Below the pieces are notes generated by a model, which saw nothing but the letters and a program-made list of their open reading frames with translations, was not told the origin of the DNA and did not search any database. A stretch of DNA of 64,000 nt from an uncultured Pseudoflavonifractor sp. GTDB taxonomy: Bacteria; Bacillota; Clostridia; Oscillospirales; Oscillospiraceae. Position 1 is the stretch's first letter; every line of letters begins with the position of its first letter. The stretch spans positions 66,960 through 130,959 of the forward strand of contig CANEAY010000004.1 of NCBI GenBank assembly GCA_947425785.1, in the 5' to 3' direction. This document shows, one piece after another, positions 44,996-53,837 of the stretch. The position numbers and the translations under genes are program-made.

Positions 44996-46009
44996 TTACA
45001 GTTCGATGATATGGAACCCCGCGGCTTTGTTGAGCCGGTTAGTGACCGCTAAGCCAAGGCCCTCGTCGGTGGGGGACTGGGCCCAGATGTCGGTGACGTC
45101 CAGGTGGTCGAAGGCCCGGAGGGCCTCAAAGATGCGGCGGGCCTGCTGGGCCTGGTCGTGGACAGGGCCGATGGCCTCCACCGGGTGGCCCCGGAAGTAG
45201 CCCTTGAACTCGTCAAAGCAGATGACGCCGCTCTTGTCGCCCATGCGAGCCACGATGTACCCCGCCGTCATATCCGGGTCTCCTTTCACCACGGTGACAG
45301 GGGCCTTGGGGGCATAATGGCGGTATTTCATGCCGGGGGCCTTGGGCTGCTCTCCGGGGGCCATGAGACGGCGGACGGCCTCGTCCACCGCCACCTCCCC
45401 CAGGGCTTCCTCCAGCTCCTCCAGGGTCACGCCGCCGGGGCGAAGGAGCCGGGGCGGGGTAACAGTGAGATCGATGATGGTGGACTCCACCCCCACGGCA
45501 CAGGGGCCGTCGTCCAGGATGGCGTCGATCTTGCCCTCCATGTCCTCCAGCATGGCCGCCGCCGTGGTGGGGCTGGGCCGGCCGGAGGCGTTGCCGGAGG
45601 GGGCGGCCACAGGTACGTCCGCCCCGGCAATGACCAAGCGTGTGACGGCGCAGTCGGGACAGCGCATCCCCACTGTGTCAAGGCCCGCCGTCACCACTTG
45701 GGGAACGGTGGGCTTGCATTTCAAGATCATGGTCAAAGGCCCTGGCCAGAACCGCTGGGCCAGGCCGTAGGCCGTGGCCGGAACGTCCTCACAGTACCGC
45801 TCCAGCCAGCTCACGTCGGGGACATGGAGGATGAGGGGGTTATCCTGGGGACGGCCCTTGGCGGTGAAGATGGCCTTCACCGCGTCGGGGTCAAGGCCGT
45901 TGGCTCCCAGGCCGTAGACCGTCTCGGTGGGGATCCCCAGAAGACCGCCGGCGGCGATGATGCGGGCGGCGGCGGGGATATCCTCTTTTGTCAGGCGTTT
46001 GGTTTCCAT
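44996..46009 (-). CDS. sua5: L-threonylcarbamoyladenylate synthase (Sua5-type)
   Basis: IPTETVYGLG, KGRPQDNPLILH, FWPGPLT, AAPSGN, GVESTI, PGMKYRHYAP, NRLNKAAG. Confidence 0.96.
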   Translation of the reverse strand: METKRLTKEDIPAAARIIAAGGLLGIPTETVYGLGANGLDPDAVKAIFTAKGRPQDNPLILHVPDVSWLERYCEDVPATAYGLAQRFWPGPLTMILKCKPTVPQVVTAGLDTVGMRCPDCAVTRLVIAGADVPVAAPSGNASGRPSPTTAAAMLEDMEGKIDAILDDGPCAVGVESTIIDLTVTPPRLLRPGGVTLEELEEALGEVAVDEAVRRLMAPGEQPKAPGMKYRHYAPKAPVTVVKGDPDMTAGYIVARMGDKSGVICFDEFKGYFRGHPVEAIGPVHDQAQQARRIFEALRAFDHLDVTDIWAQSPTDEGLGLAVTNRLNKAAGFHIIEL

Positions 46010-46017
46010 GGGACGCC

Positions 46018-46287
46018 TCACTCAAAGATGCCGATGACGGCCCCGGCGATCTCCATGGTGGTCTCGGGGGCAAAGCCCGCCTTCTGGAGGTAGTTCTTCA
46101 CCGCCATGATGCCGTACTTGGGGTTGAGCTTCTCGTCCTCCAGCTCCAGCTCCACATAGCCCCCCGCCCCGGTCTGGCCGGAGCCCAGGAGCCAGCCATC
46201 GTCCTCCAAAACAGCGTCCAGCTCCTGGCGCATTTTGTTCAGGTCACGGCCCGCCGGGAGGGCGGGAAATTCAACACGAATGATCAT
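46018..46287 (-). CDS. Hypothetical protein, 89 aa
   Basis: Compact ORF with host codon bias; its start overlaps the prfA stop. Confidence 0.7.
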   Translation of the reverse strand: MIIRVEFPALPAGRDLNKMRQELDAVLEDDGWLLGSGQTGAGGYVELELEDEKLNPKYGIMAVKNYLQKAGFAPETTMEIAGAVIGIFE

Positions 46288-47348
46288 GCTCCTGTCTCCT
46301 TTTCCAATCTCGCCGCCTGGTCGGCCGTGACCAGGGCGTCAATAATTTCATCCAGGTCGCCATTCATCACGGCGTCCAGCTTGTAGAGGGTCAGGTTCAC
46401 CCGGTGGTCGGTGAGGCGGCCCTGGGGGAAGTTATAGGTGCGGATGCGCTCATTGCGCATACCGCTGCCCACCTGGCTTTTGCGCTGGGCAGAGTGCTCT
46501 CCCTCCACCCGCTCCCGCTCCTCCTCATAGAGGCGGGAGGCCAGAAGGCGCATGGCCTTCTCCCGGTTCTGGAACTGGCTGCGCTCCTGCTGGCACTCCA
46601 CCACCATGCCCGTGGGCTTGTGGATGAGGCGCACGGCGGAGGAGGTCTTGTTGATATGCTGGCCCCCCGCGCCGGAGGAGCGGAAGACCTGCATCTCCAC
46701 GTCGGCAGGATCGATGCGCACGTCCACCTCCTCCATCTCGGGGAGCACCGCCACTGTGACGGTGGAGGTGTGCACCCGGCCGCCGGATTCCGTCTCCGGC
46801 ACCCTCTGGACACGGTGGACGCCGCTTTCGAATTTCAGGCGGCTGTATGCGTTCTCGCCGTTGATTGTAAAGCATATCTCCTTCACGCCGCCCAACTCGG
46901 TCTCACTGATGGAGTCCACCTCCACGCTCCAGCGCCGGGCTTCGGCGTACATGGCGTACATACGGTAGAGGGAGTGGGCAAAGAGGGCGGCCTCCTCTCC
47001 CCCGACGCCCGCACGAATCTCCACGATGACATTTTTTCCGTCGTCGGGGTCTTTGGGCAGCAGGAGGAGTTTGAGCTTGTTTTCCAGTTCCGGGAGGGCG
47101 GCCTTGGCGGCGGCGAACTCCTCATGGGCCAGCTCCCCCAGGTCGGGGTCGGAGAACAGAGTCTGGCTCTCCTCCAAAGTCTTTTGGGTCTGAAGGTAGG
47201 CCCGGTAGGTCTCCATCAGGGGCTGAAGCTCCCGCTGTTCCTTGTTCAGCCTGGCGGCCAGGGCGGGGTCATCGTAGGTGGCGTTGTCCGCCAGCCGGGC
47301 CTCCACCTCCTGGTAGCGCTGCTCGATGCGTTTCAGTTTGTCCAGCAT
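46284..47348 (-). CDS. prfA: Peptide chain release factor 1
   Basis: GVHRVQRVPETESGGRVHTS (PxT), SSGAGGQHINKT, ERIRTYNFPQGR. Confidence 0.98.
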   Translation of the reverse strand: MLDKLKRIEQRYQEVEARLADNATYDDPALAARLNKEQRELQPLMETYRAYLQTQKTLEESQTLFSDPDLGELAHEEFAAAKAALPELENKLKLLLLPKDPDDGKNVIVEIRAGVGGEEAALFAHSLYRMYAMYAEARRWSVEVDSISETELGGVKEICFTINGENAYSRLKFESGVHRVQRVPETESGGRVHTSTVTVAVLPEMEEVDVRIDPADVEMQVFRSSGAGGQHINKTSSAVRLIHKPTGMVVECQQERSQFQNREKAMRLLASRLYEEERERVEGEHSAQRKSQVGSGMRNERIRTYNFPQGRLTDHRVNLTLYKLDAVMNGDLDEIIDALVTADQAARLEKETGA

Positions 47349-47357
47349 AACGGCTCC

Positions 47358-48014
47358 TTATCGGTCAAAGACAAAGGATTTCACCAGGGCCAGAGGCTCC
47401 CGGAAGAACATCTGGATGGCGGAGGGGGTGTGGCTTACCGGGGCGGCCAGGAAGGAGATATACTGGTCATTATAGGTCTCCCCGGTCAGCTTTGCGGCCC
47501 GCGCCCTGTCCCAGAGCATCTCGATGCGGGACAGGTGAAAGCCGCTGGATACCAGCAAAACGTCATCAGTAATGCTGTATCCTTTCTCCACCAGCAGTTC
47601 CAGGGTATAGTTGGCGTTCTGCCAGGTGTTCCGGGACTTGTCTTCCATATAGATGTTCTCTCCATCCACCCCGTGGGCGGTGAGGTAGTCGTACATACAC
47701 TGGGCCTCGGAGATGTGCTCGTCGTCCCCCTTGCCCCCGGTGACCACCACCGTCATATCGGGGTGATCTTTCAGGTATGTAAGGGCGGTATCCAAGCGAT
47801 CCTGGAGCAGGATAGAGGGGCCCCAGGGCTTTACCTGACAGCCGAAGATGACCATGATATTGGGCTGGCCTGTGATGCTGTCCCGGCTGTGAAGGCCGAT
47901 GCAGACTTCCAGGGCGGCAAAGGCCGCCAGGGCCAGCACCAGCAGGGCGGCCACGACCTTCAGCCACAGCCGGTTTTTCCGTCCGCCGTAGGGCTTATAT
48001 GCCTTTTGTCTCAT
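47358..48014 (-). CDS. YdcF/DUF218 (ElyC-like) membrane protein
   Basis: N-terminal TM, LQDRLDTA, VTGGKG, SEAQCM, EDKSRNTWQN, VSSGFHLSR, REPLALVK. Confidence 0.88.
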   Translation of the reverse strand: MRQKAYKPYGGRKNRLWLKVVAALLVLALAAFAALEVCIGLHSRDSITGQPNIMVIFGCQVKPWGPSILLQDRLDTALTYLKDHPDMTVVVTGGKGDDEHISEAQCMYDYLTAHGVDGENIYMEDKSRNTWQNANYTLELLVEKGYSITDDVLLVSSGFHLSRIEMLWDRARAAKLTGETYNDQYISFLAAPVSHTPSAIQMFFREPLALVKSFVFDR

Positions 48015-49915
48015 TCTCCCCTCGCCTCCTCCAGCTCTGCGGCCAAGGTCTCCCAAACAGTGTACAGGTGGGCAATTTCTTCCTCCAGCTCCTTCTGCTC
48101 CTCCATGACCTTCTGGAGCTCCAGGTAGTTGGAGGCCACCTCCTCGGCCCGCTGGGTCAGCTCGTACTGCTTCTCCTCGGCCTTGGCCACCGCCCGCTCG
48201 GCGGCAGAGACCTGTTTTTCCAGTTCCTTGGTGCCGCCGGGGCGCTTGGGCTTGTCCTTTTTGGTCTCCTCTTTGGCTGGGACAGGGGCTGTCCCCTTAG
48301 CAAAAGCCTTCTGCCGCTCCTGGTAGGCCAGATATTCCTCATAGGTGTCCTTGAAGTCGGTAATGGACTGGTTTTCCAGCATCCACACCCGCTGGGCAAA
48401 CTCCTTGATGAACCAGCGGTCATGGGAGACGAAGAGGAGATTGCCCTCGTAGGCCCGCACCGCCTCCTCGATCCAGTCCCGGCTGTCCACGTCCAGGTGG
48501 TTGGTGGGCTCGTCCAAAATAAGAAGGTTTATTTTCTGGCTCATGAGCTCGCACAGCTTCAGGCGGCTTCGCTCACCGCCGGAGAGGGTGGAGACCTCCT
48601 TGAACACGTCCTCCCCCCGGAAGTTGAAGGCGGCCAGCCGGTCTCTGGCCTCCTGGGTGGTGCAGTTCAAGTCCCAGATGAGGGTGTCCACCAGATTCCG
48701 CTCCGGGTGGTCGAAGGTGACCAGCTGGGGCAGGTAGCCGATCTTCACCGTGGGGCCAAAGCGGAGCTTGCCCGCTGTTGGTTCCTCCTCCCCCAGCAAT
48801 ATTTTGACGAAGGTAGACTTGCCCGCGCCGTTGTCTCCCAGAAGGGCGATGCGCTCTCCGCCCGCCACCTCCAGGTTCACACCCGCAAAAAGCGTCCGCT
48901 CCCCAAAGGCCATGGCCAGGTCTTTGACCTCCAGCACCTCGTCCCCCCGGAACTCCCGCTCCCCGAAGCCCATGGTGAGCTTCCGCTCCTTGGTGGGCCT
49001 GTCCACGGTCTGGATGCGCTCCATCCGCCGCTCCATGTTGATGGCCCGCTTGTAGAGCTTGTCGTTGCCCATGAAGGCCCAGAGGCGCATCTTGTCCGCC
49101 GCCTCCTGGAGCTGTTCGATCTTGGCCTGCTCCTTCTCGTACTGCCGGAGCTGTTCCTGGAAGCGGCGCTCCTTTTCCTCCACATAGAAGCTGTAATTTC
49201 CGGCGTAGAACTCCGCCTTGCCGTCCTTGATCTCCACGCACCGCTGTACCACCTTGTCCAAAAACCAGCGGTCGTGGGAGATGGCCAGCACGGTGCCCTT
49301 GTAGTGGGAGAGGTAGTCCTCCAGCCACTCGGTGGCGTGGAGATCCAGGTGGTTGGTGGGCTCATCCAGCAGCAAAATTTCCGTCTCCTGCAGCAGGAGG
49401 CGGGCCAGATTGATGCGGGTCTTTTCCCCGCCGGAAAGGGCGTCAAAAAGCTGCGCTCGCATAGCGGGAGAGATGTCCAGGCCGTTGCACACCTTGTTGA
49501 GGGTGACCTCGGTGTGGTACCCGCCCCCCGCCTCGAAGGCGGCGGTGAGGGCGTCATACCGGCGCAAAACGGCCTTGTCCCCCTCCCCCATCTTCTCCGC
49601 CAGCTGGGCCATCTCCTTCTCCATAGCGTGGAGGTGGTCGAAGGCGGTGTTCAGAACGTCCGCCACGGTATATCCCGCCGGGTAGGTGGGGATCTGGGAG
49701 ATGAGGCCCACCCCCTTGCCGGGGGCCACCCGGGCCTCCCCCTCGTCAGGGCGGAGCTCCCCGGTGAGGAGCTTCAAAAGGGTGGTCTTCCCGGCCCCGT
49801 TGCGGCCCAGAAGGCCCACCCGCTCCCCTTGGTCTACCTGGAAGGTAAGGCCGTCTAAAATTTTCTTGCCGACCTCAAATTCAATGGTGAGGTTGGTAAC
49901 GGATATGTCGATCAT
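48011..49915 (-). CDS. ABC-F family ribosome-associated ATPase
   Basis: Two ABC cassettes (GRNGAGKTT/LSGGEK; GDNGAGKST/LSGGER), no TM segments, C-terminal coiled coil. Confidence 0.94.
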   Translation of the reverse strand: MIDISVTNLTIEFEVGKKILDGLTFQVDQGERVGLLGRNGAGKTTLLKLLTGELRPDEGEARVAPGKGVGLISQIPTYPAGYTVADVLNTAFDHLHAMEKEMAQLAEKMGEGDKAVLRRYDALTAAFEAGGGYHTEVTLNKVCNGLDISPAMRAQLFDALSGGEKTRINLARLLLQETEILLLDEPTNHLDLHATEWLEDYLSHYKGTVLAISHDRWFLDKVVQRCVEIKDGKAEFYAGNYSFYVEEKERRFQEQLRQYEKEQAKIEQLQEAADKMRLWAFMGNDKLYKRAINMERRMERIQTVDRPTKERKLTMGFGEREFRGDEVLEVKDLAMAFGERTLFAGVNLEVAGGERIALLGDNGAGKSTFVKILLGEEEPTAGKLRFGPTVKIGYLPQLVTFDHPERNLVDTLIWDLNCTTQEARDRLAAFNFRGEDVFKEVSTLSGGERSRLKLCELMSQKINLLILDEPTNHLDVDSRDWIEEAVRAYEGNLLFVSHDRWFIKEFAQRVWMLENQSITDFKDTYEEYLAYQERQKAFAKGTAPVPAKEETKKDKPKRPGGTKELEKQVSAAERAVAKAEEKQYELTQRAEEVASNYLELQKVMEEQKELEEEIAHLYTVWETLAAELEEARGE

Positions 49916-49952
49916 AGTTTTTCCTCGTCTTTGGTATGGGCGTAAGCGTGTG

Positions 49953-51356
49953 TCACGCCTCCTTGGTGATACTCTTCAGATATTCCGTGATAGTCTCGAA
50001 GGCCATGCCGCGGGAGGCCTTCACCAGCAGGGTCGTCCCCGGCCCCGCCAGCTCCCTGAGCTGGGGCAGGGCCTCCTCCTTGGCGGCAAAATAGTAGCAC
50101 TGGGGCACGTCGGAGTTCATGGCCGCGTCATAGATGCTCTTGGCCAGCTCCCCGACCGCCACCAGACAATCCACATGGCTGCGGCCCAGGAATTCCCCCA
50201 CTCCGGCGTGGAGCACTCCCGCCAGGGGGCCCAGCTCAAACATATCTCCCAGCACCGCCACCTTGTAGTTGCCGGTATAGCCGTCCAGCACCTCGATGGC
50301 GGCCCGCATGGACTGGGGATTGGCGTTGTAGCTGTCGTCCAGGATGGTGATGCCCTCTGCCCGGGGCAGGATGTTCATGCGCATCTTGGTGGGGGCAAAA
50401 TTGCGCACCCCGGCGGCGATCTCCTCCAGGGTCATGCCGAACTTCTCCCCCACAGCAGTGGCCAGCAGAGTGGGATAGACCATGTGCTCCCCCAGGCCGG
50501 GGATGTCCATGTGGCAATCCCCCTTGGGGGTGGTGACCTGACAGCTCATCTGACTGCGCCAGTCGCTCTCCAGGCCGTCGGCCCGGTAGTCCAAGCCCTC
50601 TCCCCGGCCCACCAGGATGGTGGAACCCGTCCAGGAGATATCCGGCCCCGCCGCCGCGGCCCGGAGCAGCTCATCGTCCCCGTTGAGGACGGCAGTACAG
50701 CCGGGCTTGGCGTGATCGAAAACCTCCAGCTTGGCCTTCAGGGTGTTCTCCCGGCAGCCAAAGGCCTCGATGTGGGAGTCGCCGATGTTGGTGATGCACA
50801 CCACATCGGGCTGGGCGATGGCGGAGAGGTAGTCCATCTCCCCGGGGTGGTTGATGCCCAGCTCCAGTACGGCGATCTGGTGCTCCCGGCCCAGCCGGAG
50901 CAAGGTCAGGGGCAGGCCGATGTCGTTATTTTTATTGCCTTCGGTCTTGAGGACATTGTACTTCTCGCTCAAAACGGCGGCGATCATGTCCTTGGCCGTG
51001 GTCTTGCCCACACTGCCGGTGATGGCCACCACAGGGATATTGAACCGGTTTTTATACCACACCGCCAAGTCCCGCAGAGCCCGGTAGGTGGAGTCCACCT
51101 TGATATAAAACTTCCCCGGCAGGTAGCTCTCCCGCTCCCGCTGGGTAAAGCATCCGGCGGCCCCAGCCTCCAGAGCGTCATTGATATAGGCGTGGCCGTC
51201 GAACCGCTCCCCCATCAGCGGGAGGAACAGGGCTCCCTCCGAGATGGTGCGGCTGTCGGTCTCCACCTTGGAGATCACGGCCTCCACGTCGTCAAATTCG
51301 CCCAGCAGGCGGCCGTTCACCGCCTCCAATATCTCGCGTATGGTCAGCGCTTCCAT
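49953..51356 (-). CDS. murF: UDP-N-acetylmuramoyl-tripeptide--D-Ala-D-Ala ligase
   Basis: TDSR, ITGSVGKTTAKDM, NNDIGLP, DDSYNANPQSM, LGDMFELG, VKASRGM. Confidence 0.96.
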   Translation of the reverse strand: MEALTIREILEAVNGRLLGEFDDVEAVISKVETDSRTISEGALFLPLMGERFDGHAYINDALEAGAAGCFTQRERESYLPGKFYIKVDSTYRALRDLAVWYKNRFNIPVVAITGSVGKTTAKDMIAAVLSEKYNVLKTEGNKNNDIGLPLTLLRLGREHQIAVLELGINHPGEMDYLSAIAQPDVVCITNIGDSHIEAFGCRENTLKAKLEVFDHAKPGCTAVLNGDDELLRAAAAGPDISWTGSTILVGRGEGLDYRADGLESDWRSQMSCQVTTPKGDCHMDIPGLGEHMVYPTLLATAVGEKFGMTLEEIAAGVRNFAPTKMRMNILPRAEGITILDDSYNANPQSMRAAIEVLDGYTGNYKVAVLGDMFELGPLAGVLHAGVGEFLGRSHVDCLVAVGELAKSIYDAAMNSDVPQCYYFAAKEEALPQLRELAGPGTTLLVKASRGMAFETITEYLKSITKEA

Positions 51357-51371
51357 AGGGGAAGCCTCCTT

Positions 51372-52424
51372 TCAAGCCTTGCGCCGCAGGCGCAGGGAGC
51401 TGTCGATGATCCTCTGGCACAGCTGTGGATAGTCGATGCCTGCCGCCGCCGCCTCCTGGGGCATGAGGCTGGTGGGGGTCATGCCGGGCAGGGTGTTGAT
51501 CTCCAGGAACCAGAACCTGCCGTCCTCATCCAGAATGAAGTCCGCCCGGGCGTAGACCCCAAGGCCCAGAGCGTTGAAGACCGCCGCTGCGGCCGCCTGC
51601 ACCGCCTTTGTCTCTTCCCCGGTGAGGGGGGCAGGGCAGACCTCCTCCGCCGCACCGGGCTGGTACTTGTTCTCATAGTCGTAAAAGCCCTGGCGGGGAA
51701 GTATCTCGATGGGGGGCAGAGCCTCGCCGTCCAGGATCCCCACCTGGATCTCCCTGCCCTTCACATACCGTTCCAGCACACACCGGCCGCCGTGGCGCAG
51801 GCCGTCCGCCAGGGCGGCGCGCAGCTCCTCTTCGGTGTGGGCGATAGACACCCCGATGGAGGAGCCCGAGTCCACCGGCTTGACCACGCAGGGCAGGGCT
51901 GTCTCCGCCGCCAGGCCGTCCATGTCCTGGGCAGTGTACTTGCGGTATGCCCACTCCGGGGTATCCACCAGGTGCTTCACCAGCCGCTTGGTCAAGTCCT
52001 TGTCCATGGCCAGGGCGCTGCCCAGCGCGTCGGAACCGGTGTAGGGGATGTCCAGCAGCTCCAGGGCGGCCTGGACTTTCCCGTCCTCCCCGCACTGGCC
52101 GTGAAGGGCCAGAAAGACGATGTCCGCCTTGGCGCACAGCTCCAGCACGCCGGGGCCGAACTCCCCCTTCCCTGTCCAGCGGCGTTTGGCGCGCACCGCC
52201 GCCAGGTCGGGGGCCTGCCTGTCTACCGACCGCCACCCCTCCGGGCTCTGGGCGGCATAGAGGCCCTCCGGCTCCAGGCCGGGGTAGTCCTCCAGGCCGA
52301 AATACATATCCACCAGAGCCACCCGGTGACCCAGCTCCCGCAGGGCCTGGGCCACCTTGGTGCCCGAGGAGAGCGACACATTGCGCTCCGGCGAGAGCCC
52401 GCCGGCTAAAACCACGATTTTCAA
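51372..52424 (-). CDS. ddl: D-alanine--D-alanine ligase
   Basis: LAGGLSPER..SLSSG, ALHGQCGEDG, VKP..GSSIGV, YDYENKY, EINTLPGMT; TTG start. Confidence 0.95.
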   Translation of the reverse strand: MKIVVLAGGLSPERNVSLSSGTKVAQALRELGHRVALVDMYFGLEDYPGLEPEGLYAAQSPEGWRSVDRQAPDLAAVRAKRRWTGKGEFGPGVLELCAKADIVFLALHGQCGEDGKVQAALELLDIPYTGSDALGSALAMDKDLTKRLVKHLVDTPEWAYRKYTAQDMDGLAAETALPCVVKPVDSGSSIGVSIAHTEEELRAALADGLRHGGRCVLERYVKGREIQVGILDGEALPPIEILPRQGFYDYENKYQPGAAEEVCPAPLTGEETKAVQAAAAAVFNALGLGVYARADFILDEDGRFWFLEINTLPGMTPTSLMPQEAAAAGIDYPQLCQRIIDSSLRLRRKA

Positions 52425-52529
52425 AGGGATATCCCTCCCAGAAGTCATATGATTCCATTTTATTCTTGATTTTATAGTATAGCACGATTTTGATGGAAAG
52501 ACAAGGAAGAAACCCACTTCCCTCCGGGC

Positions 52530-52566
52530 AAAAAAATACCCCGGAGCCATAGACTCCGGGGTATTT
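52530..52566 (-). terminator. Terminator after the holin gene
   Basis: aaataccccggag-ccataga-ctccggggtattt with an A tract (U tract on the minus strand). Confidence 0.82.
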
Positions 52567-52580
52567 CCCTCTTTCTGTTG

Positions 52581-53036
52581 TCAGGTTCTGCCGTCCACGC
52601 TCTCGTCCACCCGCTGCCGCAGCTGCTCCACCATCCTGGACAGCCATCTGGGAAGGGGCGCCCCCAGGGCGCCGGCGTTCTCTATGACGCTGCCCGCCTC
52701 GGTGAGGATATACCACACCACCACCAGGGGGCAGAGGAACGTGCTGTATTCAAAGGGCAGGCCCGGCGCCTGGGCCAACAGCACCCCCAGCACCAGATCC
52801 AAAAGCCCGGACACCAGCACCGCCGCCATCTCTCCCAGCTTGTGCCAAATACCCTCCCTGGCCGCCTTGGAAGACCAGCTCCCCGCCTTCAGGGCTGCGG
52901 CGGAGCCGCTCAAATAGTCCATGACCATCCCCGCCGCCCAGGCCGCCACCAGCCAGCCCAGCCACCCCCACAGGGCGGTGAGCCCGGCAATGACGGTGCT
53001 GACCGTGGCCTTCATTACCCGCATCTCATCCGCCAT
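52581..53036 (-). CDS. Phage-type holin (toxin secretion/phage lysis holin, TcdE-like family)
   Basis: MDYLSG, WSS..REGIWHK, YILTEAGSVIENAGALG.PLP.WL family pattern; coupled to the upstream CHAP gene through a GGAGG in its 3' end. Confidence 0.88.
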   Translation of the reverse strand: MADEMRVMKATVSTVIAGLTALWGWLGWLVAAWAAGMVMDYLSGSAAALKAGSWSSKAAREGIWHKLGEMAAVLVSGLLDLVLGVLLAQAPGLPFEYSTFLCPLVVVWYILTEAGSVIENAGALGAPLPRWLSRMVEQLRQRVDESVDGRT

Positions 53037-53037
53037 A

Positions 53038-53712
53038 TCACACCTCCCGGGCGGGCACATCCAGCATCCCCGCCCGCTCCATCCAGACCAGGGTCTGGAG
53101 GTTGGGCTCCCAGACCCCCACCGCCCCGGCTTCGTCCATCCTGACAATGCCTCTGTTGATGGCCTTGGTACAGGCCCCTTGGGCCCAGGCGGGCATTTCC
53201 GCCACATACCGATAAAGTTTCATCTCTTCCTCCTCATACCTGGGCCGAGCCGCGCCCCCCACATATTGCAAGGCCCGCCTGCGGCGCATCACCGCCCCGC
53301 CGTTGGCCTCGTCCCCCGTACCGGTGTTGCCGTCGATGGTGGTCACGTACCCCGGCTCCACCGCCACGCAGAGTCCCACATGGTTCATGACCCCTTTTTT
53401 GTTCCCGTCAAAAACGAAAAACACCAGATCGCCGGGGGTGATATCCGCCGCCTTCACCCCCTGCCCCCGGCCTTTGTACCAGTTGTAAAGCGTCGTGCAG
53501 GAGGCGGTCTTGCCGCCGCCGAAAAACAGCTCCCCCGCCCCCGCCTCCCGGAAGATACACCACTGGAACACACAGCACCAGGGATAGGCTCTGCCGGAGA
53601 CCGCCCGGCCATAGTAGCGGGTGTTGAACTCCACATTGTTGGAGCCCGGCGGGTGCTCCTTTACCCCCAGATAACGCTCTGCCGTGCGGATCAAATCAGT
53701 TGCTCGCGCCAT
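53038..53712 (-). CDS. CHAP-domain peptidoglycan hydrolase (endolysin-like, no signal peptide)
   Basis: AERYLGVKE, PWCCVF (catalytic Cys), NHVGL (His), TIDGNT; short C-terminal putative wall-binding module. Confidence 0.88.
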   Translation of the reverse strand: MARATDLIRTAERYLGVKEHPPGSNNVEFNTRYYGRAVSGRAYPWCCVFQWCIFREAGAGELFFGGGKTASCTTLYNWYKGRGQGVKAADITPGDLVFFVFDGNKKGVMNHVGLCVAVEPGYVTTIDGNTGTGDEANGGAVMRRRRALQYVGGAARPRYEEEEMKLYRYVAEMPAWAQGACTKAINRGIVRMDEAGAVGVWEPNLQTLVWMERAGMLDVPAREV

Positions 53713-53797
53713 AAAACTCCCCCTTTCTCCTGGTCGGAGACAGGGGGAAAAGTTGCAAAAAAACCGCAATTATAGGCGGCTAAGGCAGCACATTTTC

Positions 53798-53837
53798 AAA
53801 AAAATGCCCGGAGGAAATTCCTCCGGGCGGGCTTTTT
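53798..53837 (-). terminator. Terminator after the sugar kinase gene
   Basis: gcccggagg-aaatt-cctccgggc with A/T tracts. Confidence 0.8.

Noticed and set aside
49686-52409. 907-aa plus-strand ORF, and similar long ORFs such as 416-2146, 4788-6644, 11561-13648, 16451-18580, 36063-37850, 46404-48128 and 47999-49858
   Set aside because: They are antisense shadows of well-supported genes. Strong GC3 bias removes stops on the opposite strand, and the translations are G/H/V/L/Q-rich with no domain motifs.
51372-52424. Van-type D-Ala-D-Lac ligase
   Set aside because: The omega-loop reads YDYENKY as in D-Ala-D-Ala ligases, the gene pairs with murF, and no vanH/vanX/vanRS genes are present.
52581-53712. 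Intact prophage
   Set aside because: Only the holin and CHAP hydrolase are present; flanking genes are ddl and a sugar kinase, with no structural, packaging or integration genes.
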